DNA of 64,000 nucleotides from Candidatus Omnitrophota bacterium (GCA_041653595.1 JBAZFB010000002.1:68579-132578), one strand, 5' to 3'. Numbered from the stretch's first letter, positions 1-10,047 are shown. Numbers and translations: made by a program. Notes: a model not told the origin generated them from the sequence alone.

Positions 1-902
1 AGATAGCGGTCTCGATAGCGCGCACCCTCGGCCTGAACCCCGACCTGACCGAGGCGATCGCCCTGGCTCACGATATCGGCCACCCGCCTTTCGGGCATTC
101 CGGGGAGCAGGAACTGCATGAATTGATGAAAGGCCACGGGGGATTCGACCACAACATACAGGGACTTCGCGTCGTGGACCTCCTCGAAGAAAGATACCCG
201 GATTTTAAAGGCCTTAACCTTACATGGGAAGTCAGGGAAGGGGTAAACAAGCATTCCACCCCGTATGACAGATCCGGCGGCCTTCCCCAACTCGAACCCG
301 AGAAATCGCCTACGCTTGAAGCCCAGATAGTCGACCTGGCCGATGAGATAGCCTACGACAACCACGACATAGACGACGGATTGACCTCGGGCCTGATAAA
401 GGAAGAAGAGATCCGCGATATACCTTTATGGAAGAAGATCTGCGAGGAGATCTCCAGGGCCCACCCGTCGATGAGCAACAGCATAAGGAAATACCAGATG
501 GTTAGGTCGCTTATAAACACGGAAGTCACCGACCTCGTAAATGAATCCGGAAAAAGGATCGAGGATTTAGGGATCGCCTCCGCCGAATCGGCAAGGTCGA
601 GGCCGGAGAGGACTATCGCTTTTTCCAAAGGATTGCTTGAAGAGAGGAAACCCCTCAAGAAATTCTTATATGATAATCTTTATATGCACAAGAGGGTAGT
701 GAGGACGGCGGATAAATCGCGGCGCTTTATCCGGGAGCTGTTCAATTATTATATCTCGAACCCCGAACAGCTGCCCGCGGCCGCCGGCCGGGAGGCCGAG
801 GACAGGTACAGGGTGGTCTGCGATTATATCGCGGGGATGACCGACAGGTACGCGCTTGACGAGTACATAAAACTATTTAACCCATATGAGAGGATGCAAT
901 GA
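1..902 (+). CDS. dgt: dGTP triphosphohydrolase-like HD-domain protein, 5'-truncated by window edge
   Basis: Frame open from base 1. HD motif 'LAHDIGHPPFGHSGE' and dGTPase-like C-terminus; the first start listed in the ORF track (123) is internal. Confidence 0.8.
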   Translation, partial: IAVSIARTLGLNPDLTEAIALAHDIGHPPFGHSGEQELHELMKGHGGFDHNIQGLRVVDLLEERYPDFKGLNLTWEVREGVNKHSTPYDRSGGLPQLEPEKSPTLEAQIVDLADEIAYDNHDIDDGLTSGLIKEEEIRDIPLWKKICEEISRAHPSMSNSIRKYQMVRSLINTEVTDLVNESGKRIEDLGIASAESARSRPERTIAFSKGLLEERKPLKKFLYDNLYMHKRVVRTADKSRRFIRELFNYYISNPEQLPAAAGREAEDRYRVVCDYIAGMTDRYALDEYIKLFNPYERMQ

Positions 903-1585
903 GGCACCGTCTTTTATACCTGATCATATTAGTGGCCATACTTTTCGTGGTCTTCTATTCGCCGCTTACCTCATACCTGCTCAAGGATTTCATAACCTTT
1001 AAGCTCGAAAAGGCCCTCGAGATGAATGTCGTCTTCGGGTCGGTGCGCGTGAAGATGCCGGCCCAGCTTACGGTATCCGACATAAAAGCGATGGACAAGG
1101 ACGGCCTGGCGTTCACCGCGGAGAGGGCGTACCTGCGCCTCGACCCCGCGAAGTTCTTTAAGGCGCAATTCGTCCTCAGCTGCGATTTCCAGAATGTCGT
1201 CCTGAAGTCGGCCCTTAAGGACTCCCTCAACAAGCTCCTAAAGCCTTTCGGGGTATCCGCGCAGAATAACTATAAATTCGACGGCATAACCGGTGTCATA
1301 ACGGTCAGCAAGAAATCGATCTCCATCACGGACCTGAAAGGGACCGGCCAGGATTTCAGATTTTCGGGCAATTTCGCCAGGTTCCAGGACAATAAGGTGG
1401 ATTATGACCTCGACTTCGACATAAATAGCAGGTTTGTCGCGGCGGACCAGGAACCGGCGAAGACATTCTTCCTGACCGGGGCCAAGGACGGCTGGTATTC
1501 CATAAAGTTATCTTTCAAAAAAGGGAATCCCGTTTTTTTCTCGACGGGAGGGGTAATACTGGAGACCCATCCGGTAATTAAATAA
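899..1585 (+). CDS. hypothetical membrane-anchored protein (N-terminal TM helix)
   Basis: 228-aa ORF with hydrophobic N-terminus 'LLYLIILVAILFVVF'. 4-bp overlap with upstream gene. Confidence 0.5.
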   Translation: MRHRLLYLIILVAILFVVFYSPLTSYLLKDFITFKLEKALEMNVVFGSVRVKMPAQLTVSDIKAMDKDGLAFTAERAYLRLDPAKFFKAQFVLSCDFQNVVLKSALKDSLNKLLKPFGVSAQNNYKFDGITGVITVSKKSISITDLKGTGQDFRFSGNFARFQDNKVDYDLDFDINSRFVAADQEPAKTFFLTGAKDGWYSIKLSFKKGNPVFFSTGGVILETHPVIK

Positions 1586-1641
1586 TTGTTTGCTTTCAAA
1601 TGCCCGTTATGATAAAATTAGTCTTCCTCGGAGTGATATAG

Positions 1642-2265
1642 ATGCCGCCTTTAAATACCCAAAAACAACAGCAAGAGCTGTTTGACGAGTTTGTAGTAGT
1701 AAAGAAGACGAGGGGAAGGTTTTTCGGCGTATTGAACAAGTTCGATAAGCAGATCTTCCCGCAGTATCGTCTGGCTTTGTCTATTCGCTATGAGACGCTG
1801 TTCATAATCCTGATCGGCGTCGCTCTTGTGGCGGCTATCATCTTTTCTCTGGGGGTGGAAAGAGGGAGGAACTTGAACAGCGCGGACGTGGAAGCCCCGG
1901 CCCCGGTCGAACCGGTTGTCGAGGCGCCGTCTGTAAAGCCGGCGCCGCTGCCGGTCGCCGAAGCGCCAAAGACGTTTCCGAAGGCGCCGGAGCCCGTTAA
2001 AACGGTTGCCGTCAAACCGGTTGTAAGCGCCGCGGCACCGGCCGCGGATAAGCCTTTTACGGTACAGGTAGCTTCGTACAAGGTCCGTGGCGCGGCGGAG
2101 AAAGAACTCTCGCGGGTTAAGGCCATGGGCTATTCCGCAGATATAATAAAAAAGGGCGATTATTTCATTTTGTGCGTCGGTTCATTCGCCACGAAAGATG
2201 CGGCGAAACAGACGCTTGCAGCGATGGGAAAGAAGTATAAAGGGTGCCTGGTAAGAAAACGCTAA
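1642..2265 (+). CDS. SPOR-domain protein with TM helix and Pro/Ala-rich linker
   Basis: C-terminal 'FTVQVASYKVRGAAEKELSRVKAMGYSADIIKKGDYFILCVGSFATKDAAKQ' is a typical SPOR (peptidoglycan-binding) fold signature. Central PAPV-rich repeats. Confidence 0.7.
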   Translation: MPPLNTQKQQQELFDEFVVVKKTRGRFFGVLNKFDKQIFPQYRLALSIRYETLFIILIGVALVAAIIFSLGVERGRNLNSADVEAPAPVEPVVEAPSVKPAPLPVAEAPKTFPKAPEPVKTVAVKPVVSAAAPAADKPFTVQVASYKVRGAAEKELSRVKAMGYSADIIKKGDYFILCVGSFATKDAAKQTLAAMGKKYKGCLVRKR

Positions 2266-2281
2266 AATGCAAGGAGAGTGA

Positions 2282-2620
2282 TTGATGTCGATCCATCCAA
2301 GTCTGCGTCCTTCCAAAGGGAAGGGCCATAGGTCGGTTTTTAAGAGGTTCGAACGTATAAAAATGCTGTCGGAAAAAGACAAGTGGAAGGAAGATCAGTC
2401 CGTATTCGGCCTTCCTAAGGTCAAGTCCGTGAAGATCAAGGTCAAGAAAGAGAAGGTCGAGAAAGTCGCGGCTGAAGGTGCCGTAGCGGCTCCAGGGGCG
2501 GCGGGAACGGCTCCGGCCGCAGGCGCGGCCACTGCCGGCGCGAAACCGGCCGCGGGCGCGAAACCGGCGGCAGCGGCTCCGGGCAAGAAGGACCAGGCAA
2601 AATCGAAGGAAGGGAAGTGA
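2282..2620 (+). CDS. Lys/Ala/Pro-rich histone H1-like (AlgP/Hc1-like) basic protein
   Basis: 112 aa, KK/AAPGAAG/AKPAAGAKPAAAAPGKK low-complexity basic tail. Confidence 0.45.
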   Translation: MMSIHPSLRPSKGKGHRSVFKRFERIKMLSEKDKWKEDQSVFGLPKVKSVKIKVKKEKVEKVAAEGAVAAPGAAGTAPAAGAATAGAKPAAGAKPAAAAPGKKDQAKSKEGK

Positions 2621-3600
2621 AACTTTCTTTTTGTGCAAGGTTTTTTCTCTGCGCTGTAGCCTGCCTTGTTTTTCCTTTTAACCTTTCATACGCGTCGAAA
2701 GGATCGCTCGAGGGCGGGCCCTTTACCGGGACCGTCTCCGGTGACCGGGTGAATGTAAGGGCCGCCGACAGCATCTCTTCCGAAGTTGTCTGCCAGTTGA
2801 AAAAAGGGGAAGAGATAAACGTGCTGGGGCTTAAGGGCAAATGGTATAAGATAGAGCTCCCGAAGAAGGCGCTCGTCTATGTCACTAAGTCCAAGGTCTC
2901 AAAGAAAGACGGCCAGACGGTGATCTCGGAAGACAAGATCAACGTCAGGGCCGCGGGCACCGTCTCCTCATCCATCGTCGGCCGCCTTAATAAAGGCACG
3001 GCGGTCAAGATACGCAAGGAATACCTTGACTGGTATGAGATAGAGGCCCCAAAGGGTTCATGCGGGTGGGTATCCTCTGATTACGTCAATAGTGACGGAA
3101 GCTCCGAAGTCCCGAAGCCCGCCGGCCTGCCTGAAAAATTAGCCCAGCTTGACGCGTCATACGCGGCGGAGCTTAAGAAGCCCTTACGCGAGATAGAGCT
3201 CAAGTGGATCCTCGAGAGATACCAGAAATTCGCCGCCGAATACAAAGACACTCCCGAGGAGAAAGAAGCGCTGCTTAAGGCGGAAGAGATAAAATTAAAG
3301 ATGGCCGAGATAGGGCATCTAAAGGCGAAAGAGGATTACGACGCCAAAATAAAGAATATCTCCTCGCCGCGGCCCGGAGAGGCGCCAATGGTCTCGGGGC
3401 TGGTCAATAATGTGGGCAAGGTCCACGGGCGCTTAAGCCATTTTAAGATCGTCAAAGACGGCAAGTCCCTGGGCTATCTCTCGAGTTCGAAAGTAGACCT
3501 TAACCGCTATATCAACCTGCCGGTGAACGTCTGGGGCGTAAGGAAGGACGTGAACGGGACGGCGCTCTACGAGGCTGACGCGGTACAAATAATCGAGTAG
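2617..3600 (+). CDS. secreted protein with two bacterial SH3 (SH3b) domains
   Basis: GTG start, signal peptide. Repeats 'VNVRAA...GxLxKGxxVxVLxxKGxWYKIE' typical of SH3b. Confidence 0.6.
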   Translation: MKLSFCARFFLCAVACLVFPFNLSYASKGSLEGGPFTGTVSGDRVNVRAADSISSEVVCQLKKGEEINVLGLKGKWYKIELPKKALVYVTKSKVSKKDGQTVISEDKINVRAAGTVSSSIVGRLNKGTAVKIRKEYLDWYEIEAPKGSCGWVSSDYVNSDGSSEVPKPAGLPEKLAQLDASYAAELKKPLREIELKWILERYQKFAAEYKDTPEEKEALLKAEEIKLKMAEIGHLKAKEDYDAKIKNISSPRPGEAPMVSGLVNNVGKVHGRLSHFKIVKDGKSLGYLSSSKVDLNRYINLPVNVWGVRKDVNGTALYEADAVQIIE

Positions 3601-3602
3601 AG

Positions 3603-3929
3603 ATGGAATACGTAAAATTCGAAGATTTCAAAAAACTCAACATCAGGATAGCCAAGGTCCTGAAGGTAGAAGACCATCCTAACGCCGACAAACTGTATCT
3701 CATCACCGTATCGACCGGCGAGGCGGAAAAGACGGTAGTCGCGGGCATAAAGCCTTTTTATAAAAAAGAAGAACTCGAGGGGAAGTCGGTAGTCATGATA
3801 GACAACCTCGAACCGGCCACTATACGGGGAGCTGTCTCGAACGGCATGATCCTCGCCACGAAGGACGGGGAATCGCTTGCCGTATTGATCCCCGAAAAAC
3901 CCGTAAAAATAGGCAGCCCCGTTTCCTGA
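3603..3929 (+). CDS. csaA: tRNA-binding domain protein (CsaA/Trbp111-like)
   Basis: 108 aa. 'LNIRIAKVLKVEDHPNADKLYL...G' matches the tRNA-binding OB fold of CsaA and the MetRS C-terminal domain. Confidence 0.7.
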   Translation: MEYVKFEDFKKLNIRIAKVLKVEDHPNADKLYLITVSTGEAEKTVVAGIKPFYKKEELEGKSVVMIDNLEPATIRGAVSNGMILATKDGESLAVLIPEKPVKIGSPVS

Positions 3930-4570
3930 TGGATAGATTTTTAGCAAATTTTACCGTAACCGTCCTGGATTTTATCGTAATAATCCCGATATTCCTGTTC
4001 GCCATGATGATCCATGAGATCGCCCACGGATGGGTAGCTTATAAGTTAGGCGACCCGACGGCGAAATTTTCCGGAAGATTGACCCTAAATCCCGTTTCTC
4101 ATATCGACCCTATCGGCACCATATTGTTGCCTATCACCCTGATGATCATGGGATCGCCGGTCGTCTTCGGGTGGGCCAAGCCCGTCCCGATAAATTTCCT
4201 GGGTCTCCGCAATCCAAAGAAGGATATCGCGTGGGTCGGCGCAGCCGGCCCTTTAGCCAATGTCATGTTAGCCTTTGCGCTTGTGGCGGCTTACCGGCTG
4301 TTCCCTTTTTTGCATGAGCCGCTGTTAAAAGGCCTTATGTTTTACGCGATAAGCATAAACCTGATCCTGGCGGCGTTCAACCTTATACCGATCCCGCCTC
4401 TTGACGGTTCGAGGATCTTATTCAGCTTCCTGCCGCCAAGGATGGCGATGAGCTATATGAGCATAGAGCCGTACGGATTTATGATACTCTTTGTAATGCT
4501 GTGGATGGGTTTTTTAAATTGGTTCGTTAATCCTATTTTGTTTGCGCTCTCAAGGATCATAGGGTTTTAA
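3929..4570 (+). CDS. site-2 protease family (peptidase M50) membrane metalloprotease
   Basis: HExxH motif 'HEIAHGWVA' in TM context. Multiple TM helices. Confidence 0.7.
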   Translation: MDRFLANFTVTVLDFIVIIPIFLFAMMIHEIAHGWVAYKLGDPTAKFSGRLTLNPVSHIDPIGTILLPITLMIMGSPVVFGWAKPVPINFLGLRNPKKDIAWVGAAGPLANVMLAFALVAAYRLFPFLHEPLLKGLMFYAISINLILAAFNLIPIPPLDGSRILFSFLPPRMAMSYMSIEPYGFMILFVMLWMGFLNWFVNPILFALSRIIGF

Positions 4571-4601
4571 ATCTTAAAAAGGAAGGAGGTGCGTAATAAC
4601 A

Positions 4602-4814
4602 ATGGCAGACGAATTGACCGGAGTGGTAAAGTGGTTCTCTAACCAGAAGGGCTACGGTTTCATAACTCCGGATAACGGGGGTAAGGATGTCTTTGTCCAC
4701 CATTCTGCGATAATCGGCGAAGGTTATAAGACTTTGGCCGAAGGGCAGAAGGTGAAATTCGAGATAGCGAACACCGAAAAAGGCGATCAGGCGTCCAACG
4801 TAACGAAGATCTAA
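4602..4814 (+). CDS. cspA: cold-shock protein
   Basis: '[31 protein letters not shown]' RNP1/RNP2 motifs. Strong RBS 'aaggaggtg'. Confidence 0.95.
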   Translation: MADELTGVVKWFSNQKGYGFITPDNGGKDVFVHHSAIIGEGYKTLAEGQKVKFEIANTEKGDQASNVTKI

Positions 4815-4852
4815 CTAAGCGGCTCCGTAATCATCAATCATAAGGTGATATC

Positions 4853-5944
4853 ATGGCTTCAGTACCGGTCCGCCTTGGCGAGCGCAGCTATATTATCGCC
4901 ATCGAAAAGACTCTTGGAAGGCTGTCGCGGGAATTAAGAAGGCTTGATCCCGGGACAGACGCGGCAGTCATCACGAATGCGAAGGTCAAGTCCCTTTTCG
5001 GCAAGAAGCTCGGGAGTTCCCTTAAGGGGTCCGGCCTCAGGGTGAAATTCCTGGTTGTCCCCGATTCGGAAAAGGCCAAGTCGCTCAAAGAGGCGATGAG
5101 GCTTTTGGCGTCGCTTTCCAGGATGGACGGCAAGGGCAAGAGGCTGTGCGCCGTCGCGCTGGGAGGCGGGGTGGTGGGGGACCTCGGAGGTTTCGCGGCA
5201 TCCGCGTATAAACGGGGGATACCGTATATCCAGGTCCCGACGACATTGCTTGCCCAGGTAGACTCATCGATCGGCGGAAAAGTAGCGGTGGACCTGCCCG
5301 AGGGCAAGAACCTGGTAGGCTCATTCCATCAACCCAAACTCGTCTACAGCAATATATCTTTCCTCAGGGGCCTTTCGGGCCGCGATTTCGCCTCAGGCAT
5401 GGCCGAGGTCATCAAATACGCCGTAATAAAAGACAGGGCGCTCTTCGGTTATCTCGAACGCAACAGGAGGAAGATACTCAGGCGGGACGCCGGCACGCTC
5501 CTGGAGATAGTAAAGAGGTGCGCGAAGATAAAAGCAGTCATAGTATCGAAGGACGAAAAGGAAAAGAAGTCGATAAGGACAATTTTGAATTACGGCCATA
5601 CGATAGGGCATGCCGTCGAGGCGGCGCACGGATATTCCGGCGCCTATTCGCACGGCGAGGCGGTAGGGTTGGGAATGATAGCCGCCGCGCGCATGTCGCA
5701 GAGATTGGGGATATTCCCGGCTGCGGGTGTCTCAAGGATAGAAAAGCTGATCGGCAGTTTCGGCCTCCCGGTAAACCTGAAGAAGACCGACACGGCAAAG
5801 ATCATGTGTTCCCTGTCGCGCGATAAGAAATTCATCCGGGGGGTGAACAGGTTTGTCCTCCCGGTAAAAATAGGCAGGGTCGTAGTCAGGGAAGCGATCC
5901 CCGAACCGTTAATACGCGAAGAGATAAAAAAATTATACCGTTGA
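4853..5944 (+). CDS. aroB: 3-dehydroquinate synthase
   Basis: 'GGGVVGDLGGFAASAYKRGIPYIQVPTTLLAQVDSSIGGK' nucleotide-binding and metal-binding motifs. Confidence 0.9.
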   Translation: MASVPVRLGERSYIIAIEKTLGRLSRELRRLDPGTDAAVITNAKVKSLFGKKLGSSLKGSGLRVKFLVVPDSEKAKSLKEAMRLLASLSRMDGKGKRLCAVALGGGVVGDLGGFAASAYKRGIPYIQVPTTLLAQVDSSIGGKVAVDLPEGKNLVGSFHQPKLVYSNISFLRGLSGRDFASGMAEVIKYAVIKDRALFGYLERNRRKILRRDAGTLLEIVKRCAKIKAVIVSKDEKEKKSIRTILNYGHTIGHAVEAAHGYSGAYSHGEAVGLGMIAAARMSQRLGIFPAAGVSRIEKLIGSFGLPVNLKKTDTAKIMCSLSRDKKFIRGVNRFVLPVKIGRVVVREAIPEPLIREEIKKLYR

Positions 5945-5953
5945 AACCCCTCC

Positions 5954-6685
5954 ATGGCAGATAAATCAAGGTCATCCGAACTTAAAAAATTTGAACGGCG
6001 GATAAAGTATGCGTTCAGGAATAAGCGGCTCCTGGCGCAGGCGCTTGTCCACCGTTCATACGCTTATGAGCATGCCGGAGGGAAGGGGTCCGATAACGAG
6101 AGGCTCGAGTTCCTCGGTGACGCGGTCCTCGGGTTGGTGATAAGCGGCACTATCTTCAAGCGGTTCCCGGATTTCCTCGAGGGAGAGATGACCCGGATAC
6201 GGTCGGCGCTCGTAAGCCGCCCGACCCTGGAAGGCCTGGCCAGGAAGCTCGGGCTCGGAGAGATGATCCTGCTCGGAAAAGGAGAAGCGGCGAGCGGCGG
6301 CGCCGAACAGTCGAGGAACCTTGTGGGCGCGTATGAGGCCGTGATAGGGTCCATCTATATCGACGGGGGCTTCAAAAAAGCCGGAAAATTCATCGAGGGC
6401 CAATTTAAGGCGGAATTGAAGAGGATCTCGGAAGGCGGCACCACTAAAGATTATAAATCGGTCCTCCAGGAATATACTTCGAAAGCCTACAAGGCCACCC
6501 CGAAATATACGGTAGTATCCGAAGAAGGGCCGGAGCACAGGAAACATTTCGAGGTCGCGGTCCTCTTCGGCGGGATGGCGCGCGGGAGGGGAGAAGGGAA
6601 GAACAAAAAATCGGCGGAACAGGACGCCGCCTATAAAGCGCTTTTTAACGAGGGCTTGCTTGACAAAATGGCTGAGGAGAAGTAA
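5954..6685 (+). CDS. rnc: ribonuclease III
   Basis: RNase III signature 'ERLEFLGDAVLG' plus C-terminal dsRBD. Confidence 0.95.
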   Translation: MADKSRSSELKKFERRIKYAFRNKRLLAQALVHRSYAYEHAGGKGSDNERLEFLGDAVLGLVISGTIFKRFPDFLEGEMTRIRSALVSRPTLEGLARKLGLGEMILLGKGEAASGGAEQSRNLVGAYEAVIGSIYIDGGFKKAGKFIEGQFKAELKRISEGGTTKDYKSVLQEYTSKAYKATPKYTVVSEEGPEHRKHFEVAVLFGGMARGRGEGKNKKSAEQDAAYKALFNEGLLDKMAEEK

Positions 6686-6696
6686 AATCACATAAC

Positions 6697-7152
6697 ATGC
6701 AGATCAGACCGATACAATCCAGGGACCAGAAGCAGGTAAAGGAGTTGATCAGCGGCATACTCTCCAAAGAGTTCGAGTATGGGCATAACGCTTATCCTTA
6801 CGGCGACCTCGATTCGATAGGCAAGGTCTACGGCGGAAAGAGGGAGCAATTTTTCGTGATAGAGGATAACGGCGAGATAGCCGGGACCGTCGGGATCAAG
6901 GAGGAGTCGAAAAATACCGCCATCATAAGGCGGCTCTTTGTCAGCCCTTCATTCAGGAAGAAAGGATTCGGAGGCCTGCTCATAGACAGGGCCCTGGATT
7001 TTTGCAAAGAAAAAGGTTATCGCGAAGCGGTCTTCCACGCCGCGACAACTATGAAGAGCGCGATCAAATTGTGCGGGAGCAGGGGTTTCAAGGAGGACCA
7101 GAAGCTCGTCTCCGGCGGCATCGACATAATAAAATTTGTAGTCACTTTCTGA
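6697..7152 (+). CDS. GNAT family N-acetyltransferase
   Basis: 151 aa. 'RRLFVSPSFRKKGFGGLLIDRAL' acetyl-CoA binding motif. Confidence 0.75.
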   Translation: MQIRPIQSRDQKQVKELISGILSKEFEYGHNAYPYGDLDSIGKVYGGKREQFFVIEDNGEIAGTVGIKEESKNTAIIRRLFVSPSFRKKGFGGLLIDRALDFCKEKGYREAVFHAATTMKSAIKLCGSRGFKEDQKLVSGGIDIIKFVVTF

Positions 7153-7159
7153 GGCCAAA

Positions 7160-7675
7160 TTGTTCTGGAAAAAATCGGATAAAACGGATAAGAGCGTAAA
7201 GAACCTCTCGGAAAAAGATATCCAGAGGCAGCTTTACGGGGATTACCTCGGCAAGGTGGAGGTGATGGATTCCTCTTTTATCGTAAAGGAAAATGAAGAG
7301 GCGCCGATACAGGAAAAACCCGACGCGAAAATGAAGAAGGAGCTTAATTCCGAACTGGAAGAATTAAAAGGCGAGTTCAAACGGCTTCAGGGCGAGGTCA
7401 ACAGGCTTAAGAAAGACAAGGAATCGCTCGAGCGCCCGGAGATATGGTTCAAGCCGCCTTTCCTTAAGACCAGGCAGCTGGTGGTGATCGGGTCCATCGT
7501 GGTCCTTATCTTAGCGGCTTACGGATCATTCTTCGCCGTAAAATTGTTCATATCGAAGGTCAGCCATAAAGAGCCTGTCCTTTCCGAAACCGCGGTCTCT
7601 AAAAAAGAGACCGTTCCTTCCAAAAATACAGCCGTAAAAAAATCCGTTAAAAAGGTAAAAGGTAAGAAGCCTTAA
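7160..7675 (+). CDS. hypothetical coiled-coil protein with one TM helix (start uncertain, TTG)
   Basis: ORF with 'ELEELKGEFKRLQGEVNRLKKDKE' coiled coil and TM 'LVVIGSIVVLILAAYG'. Confidence 0.4.
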   Translation: MFWKKSDKTDKSVKNLSEKDIQRQLYGDYLGKVEVMDSSFIVKENEEAPIQEKPDAKMKKELNSELEELKGEFKRLQGEVNRLKKDKESLERPEIWFKPPFLKTRQLVVIGSIVVLILAAYGSFFAVKLFISKVSHKEPVLSETAVSKKETVPSKNTAVKKSVKKVKGKKP

Positions 7676-7688
7676 CCCGGAGTAAGGG

Positions 7689-8252
7689 TCAATCCAATTT
7701 CAGGACGAAACCCTGGCCTGTCACCTCATCCAGCATCTCGACGCTGCTATTATGGATCTTTACTATCCTGGCTCCTTTTATTGAGGCGCCCTCCTCGAGG
7801 ATCCTGTTCTCTATTATGGCGGCCGGTTTACCCGCGCCATAGACTATCCCGCTGAGGGTCAGGCGGGGATTTGACAGTTTTGTTATGAAACTGCCGAGGG
7901 GGGTAACTTCCTGTTTTGAGGGAGCGGGAGAGGGGACCGTAGAGTATCCTTCGGCGGCCGGTCTGCTGTTTGTTTCATGGGAAGACGAAAGAGATGCGAT
8001 AACGTTGTTCGCTTCGGTTGTCGGGTTCTGCGACCCGCCCTGCGGGAGCGTCAAAAATGCGACAAGGCCGACGATCACGATCGCCGCCGCGGCCATCAGC
8101 ATTGTCCTCGAAAGGTTAAAACCGCCGCTGTCAGAGACCCCGGCTGCCTCCTCGATCTTTTCTTCCCGGATTTTGGCCGTAGTTCCGGCGGCAAGCGGCG
8201 GGGTATTACCGTCCGCAGACGCCTTTTTTAAGGCTTCCAGTATTATGCTCAT
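7689..8252 (-). CDS. gspB: type II secretion system protein GspB-like
   Basis: N-terminal 'MSIILEALKKA' characteristic of GspB, one TM, C-terminal GspB domain. Co-oriented and overlapping with the gspA-like gene. Confidence 0.6.
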   Translation of the reverse strand: MSIILEALKKASADGNTPPLAAGTTAKIREEKIEEAAGVSDSGGFNLSRTMLMAAAAIVIVGLVAFLTLPQGGSQNPTTEANNVIASLSSSHETNSRPAAEGYSTVPSPAPSKQEVTPLGSFITKLSNPRLTLSGIVYGAGKPAAIIENRILEEGASIKGARIVKIHNSSVEMLDEVTGQGFVLKLD

Positions 8253-9112
8253 ATTTTTACATACCCCTCGATCTCTTCAACGGAACGCTTTATCATGTCC
8301 AGAGTCATTGTTTTTGTCTCCATGGAGAATCCCAGAAGTAATACCCTGTCGCAGATGAGGTTTATCAATCTCGGCACGCCTGAGGAGTATTCATAGATCT
8401 CTCCCAGGGCATCCGGCTCGAATGTTATGTTCCCGTCGGCGCCCGCGACCCGCAGGCGGTGGTAAATATAATCGCCCAATTCGGTCCTGTCCAGGGGAAG
8501 GATATGATACCTTACCGCGATCCTCTGCCTGAGCTGTTCCAACTCGGGGGAATCAAGCTTTTCCTTCAGCTGCGGTTGGCCGACGAGGACTATCTGGATC
8601 AGTTTTTCCTTGTCGGTCTCAAGGTTGGAAAGCAGCCTTATCTGTTCCAACTGGGCCGCCTTGAGGTTTTGCGCCTCATCGATGATAAGGACCACATTAG
8701 AGCCGGCTTTAAGTTCCGCGATCAGGAACTTGTTGAGCTCGGTAAGGAGGCTTATCTTGGTCTTTGGCTTTGGCGCGAGGCCCAGGTCGGTGACTATGGC
8801 CAGTAAGAGCTGCATCTCCGGAAGGTTTGAGTTAAGGATAAAGGCGGTCTTCGTATTTTTGTCGAGCTGGCCCAAGAGGGCGCGGCAAAGGGTGGTCTTG
8901 CCTGTGCCGATCTCGCCGGTTATCTCAAGGAATCCCTTTCTTTCTTTTATGCCGTAGATGAGATGGTCGAAGGCTTCACGGTGCTTCTTGCTGAAAAAAA
9001 GGAAATTAGGGTCGGCGGTTACGTTGAAAGGTCTTTCTTTTAGGCCAAAAAAACTTTCATACACGCGGAGGACCTCCAAAAAACCCGAAAAAACGGATTT
9101 CGTGATTTTCAT
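8249..9112 (-). CDS. gspA: type II secretion system protein GspA/ExeA-like AAA ATPase
   Basis: Walker A 'GEIGTGKTT', Walker B 'VVLIIDEAQNL'. Start re-assigned to ATG at 9110-9112 (MKITKSV). The long N-terminal extension in the ORF track (to 9541) is not ExeA-like. Confidence 0.7.
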   Translation of the reverse strand: MKITKSVFSGFLEVLRVYESFFGLKERPFNVTADPNFLFFSKKHREAFDHLIYGIKERKGFLEITGEIGTGKTTLCRALLGQLDKNTKTAFILNSNLPEMQLLLAIVTDLGLAPKPKTKISLLTELNKFLIAELKAGSNVVLIIDEAQNLKAAQLEQIRLLSNLETDKEKLIQIVLVGQPQLKEKLDSPELEQLRQRIAVRYHILPLDRTELGDYIYHRLRVAGADGNITFEPDALGEIYEYSSGVPRLINLICDRVLLLGFSMETKTMTLDMIKRSVEEIEGYVKI

Positions 9113-9194
9113 TCTATCATCATAATATATGCTTGTCAAAGCAAAAATCCTGTTGTAATGCGCGGTATTGGGGGTATAATATCTTTGTGAGGGG

Positions 9195-9563
9195 ATGAAA
9201 ATGGGCTGGGGCGGAATCGATACAAGAAGGGGCGCGCGCGTCGTCTTCGAATGCGTCGTCATCGTCAAGAAAAAAGAGACCAGCCTTGTCTTCAGGACCC
9301 AGACCGAGAACATCTCTACCGGCGGGATCTGTGTCATACTCGAGAAAGGGTTATTGAGGAATACCCCGGTTGACGTAGAAATTTTCCTTGCCGATGACCC
9401 GGTCCCGTTAGCATGCGGCGGCAAAGTCGCATGGGTCATGCGGCGCAACGAATACGCAAAGAAGAAACCCGCGCAGTTTGATACGGGAATAGAATTTACC
9501 GATATCACGGACGAGGATAAAGGCCGTATAAAGCGGATCATCGAGGAGTTGCTGGAATATTAA
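9195..9563 (+). CDS. PilZ domain protein (c-di-GMP receptor)
   Basis: RxxxR 'RRGAR' and (D/N)xSxxG 'NISTGG' motifs. Confidence 0.75.
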   Translation: MKMGWGGIDTRRGARVVFECVVIVKKKETSLVFRTQTENISTGGICVILEKGLLRNTPVDVEIFLADDPVPLACGGKVAWVMRRNEYAKKKPAQFDTGIEFTDITDEDKGRIKRIIEELLEY

Positions 9564-9655
9564 CTTGACTTTTGTTTTTGAGGGGTAGATAATGATTACA
9601 ACTGAAAAAGGAGGACGAGAACTGATCTTTAAAAAAAGATAGGGGGGTGAGGGGG

Positions 9656-10036
9656 ATGAGTGAGAAACGGAAATTTATGCGTTTTGATGTGGCCGTTGAA
9701 GTGGAGTATATGGTTCCCGGAAATGGCGCCCCGATAGAAGGCATCTCCGTTACGCGCAACCTGAGCCGCGAAGGGATGCAGATCACCGTAAACAGCAAAC
9801 TCGTTCCGGGCACCGAGTTAGAGATCAAGTTGAGGATCCCCGAGGATATGGCTCCTGTGTACGCGAAAGGAGACCTTGTCTGGGTGGAGAAATCAGAGAT
9901 CAAGACCGAATCCTCCGCCGGGGTGAAGTTCTCCCAGATGTCGCCTTTTGACAGGAACCGCATACTGGACCACGTTTATAAAGAGTGGGTGGAAGAACAG
10001 ATCGGCCAGAACGCAGCACAACCGCGGAACAAGTAA
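9656..10036 (+). CDS. PilZ domain protein
   Basis: 'RKFMR' and 'NLSREG' motifs. ATG at 9656 preceded by a G-rich RBS. Confidence 0.75.
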   Translation: MSEKRKFMRFDVAVEVEYMVPGNGAPIEGISVTRNLSREGMQITVNSKLVPGTELEIKLRIPEDMAPVYAKGDLVWVEKSEIKTESSAGVKFSQMSPFDRNRILDHVYKEWVEEQIGQNAAQPRNK

Positions 10037-10047
10037 AATATAAACTT

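Noticed and set aside
8249-9541. 430-aa version of the gspA-like ORF starting at 9541
   Set aside because: The first 143 residues have no ExeA similarity and would overlap the divergent PilZ gene and its promoter. An ATG with appropriate spacing (MKITKSV) at 9112 gives a normal ExeA N-terminus.
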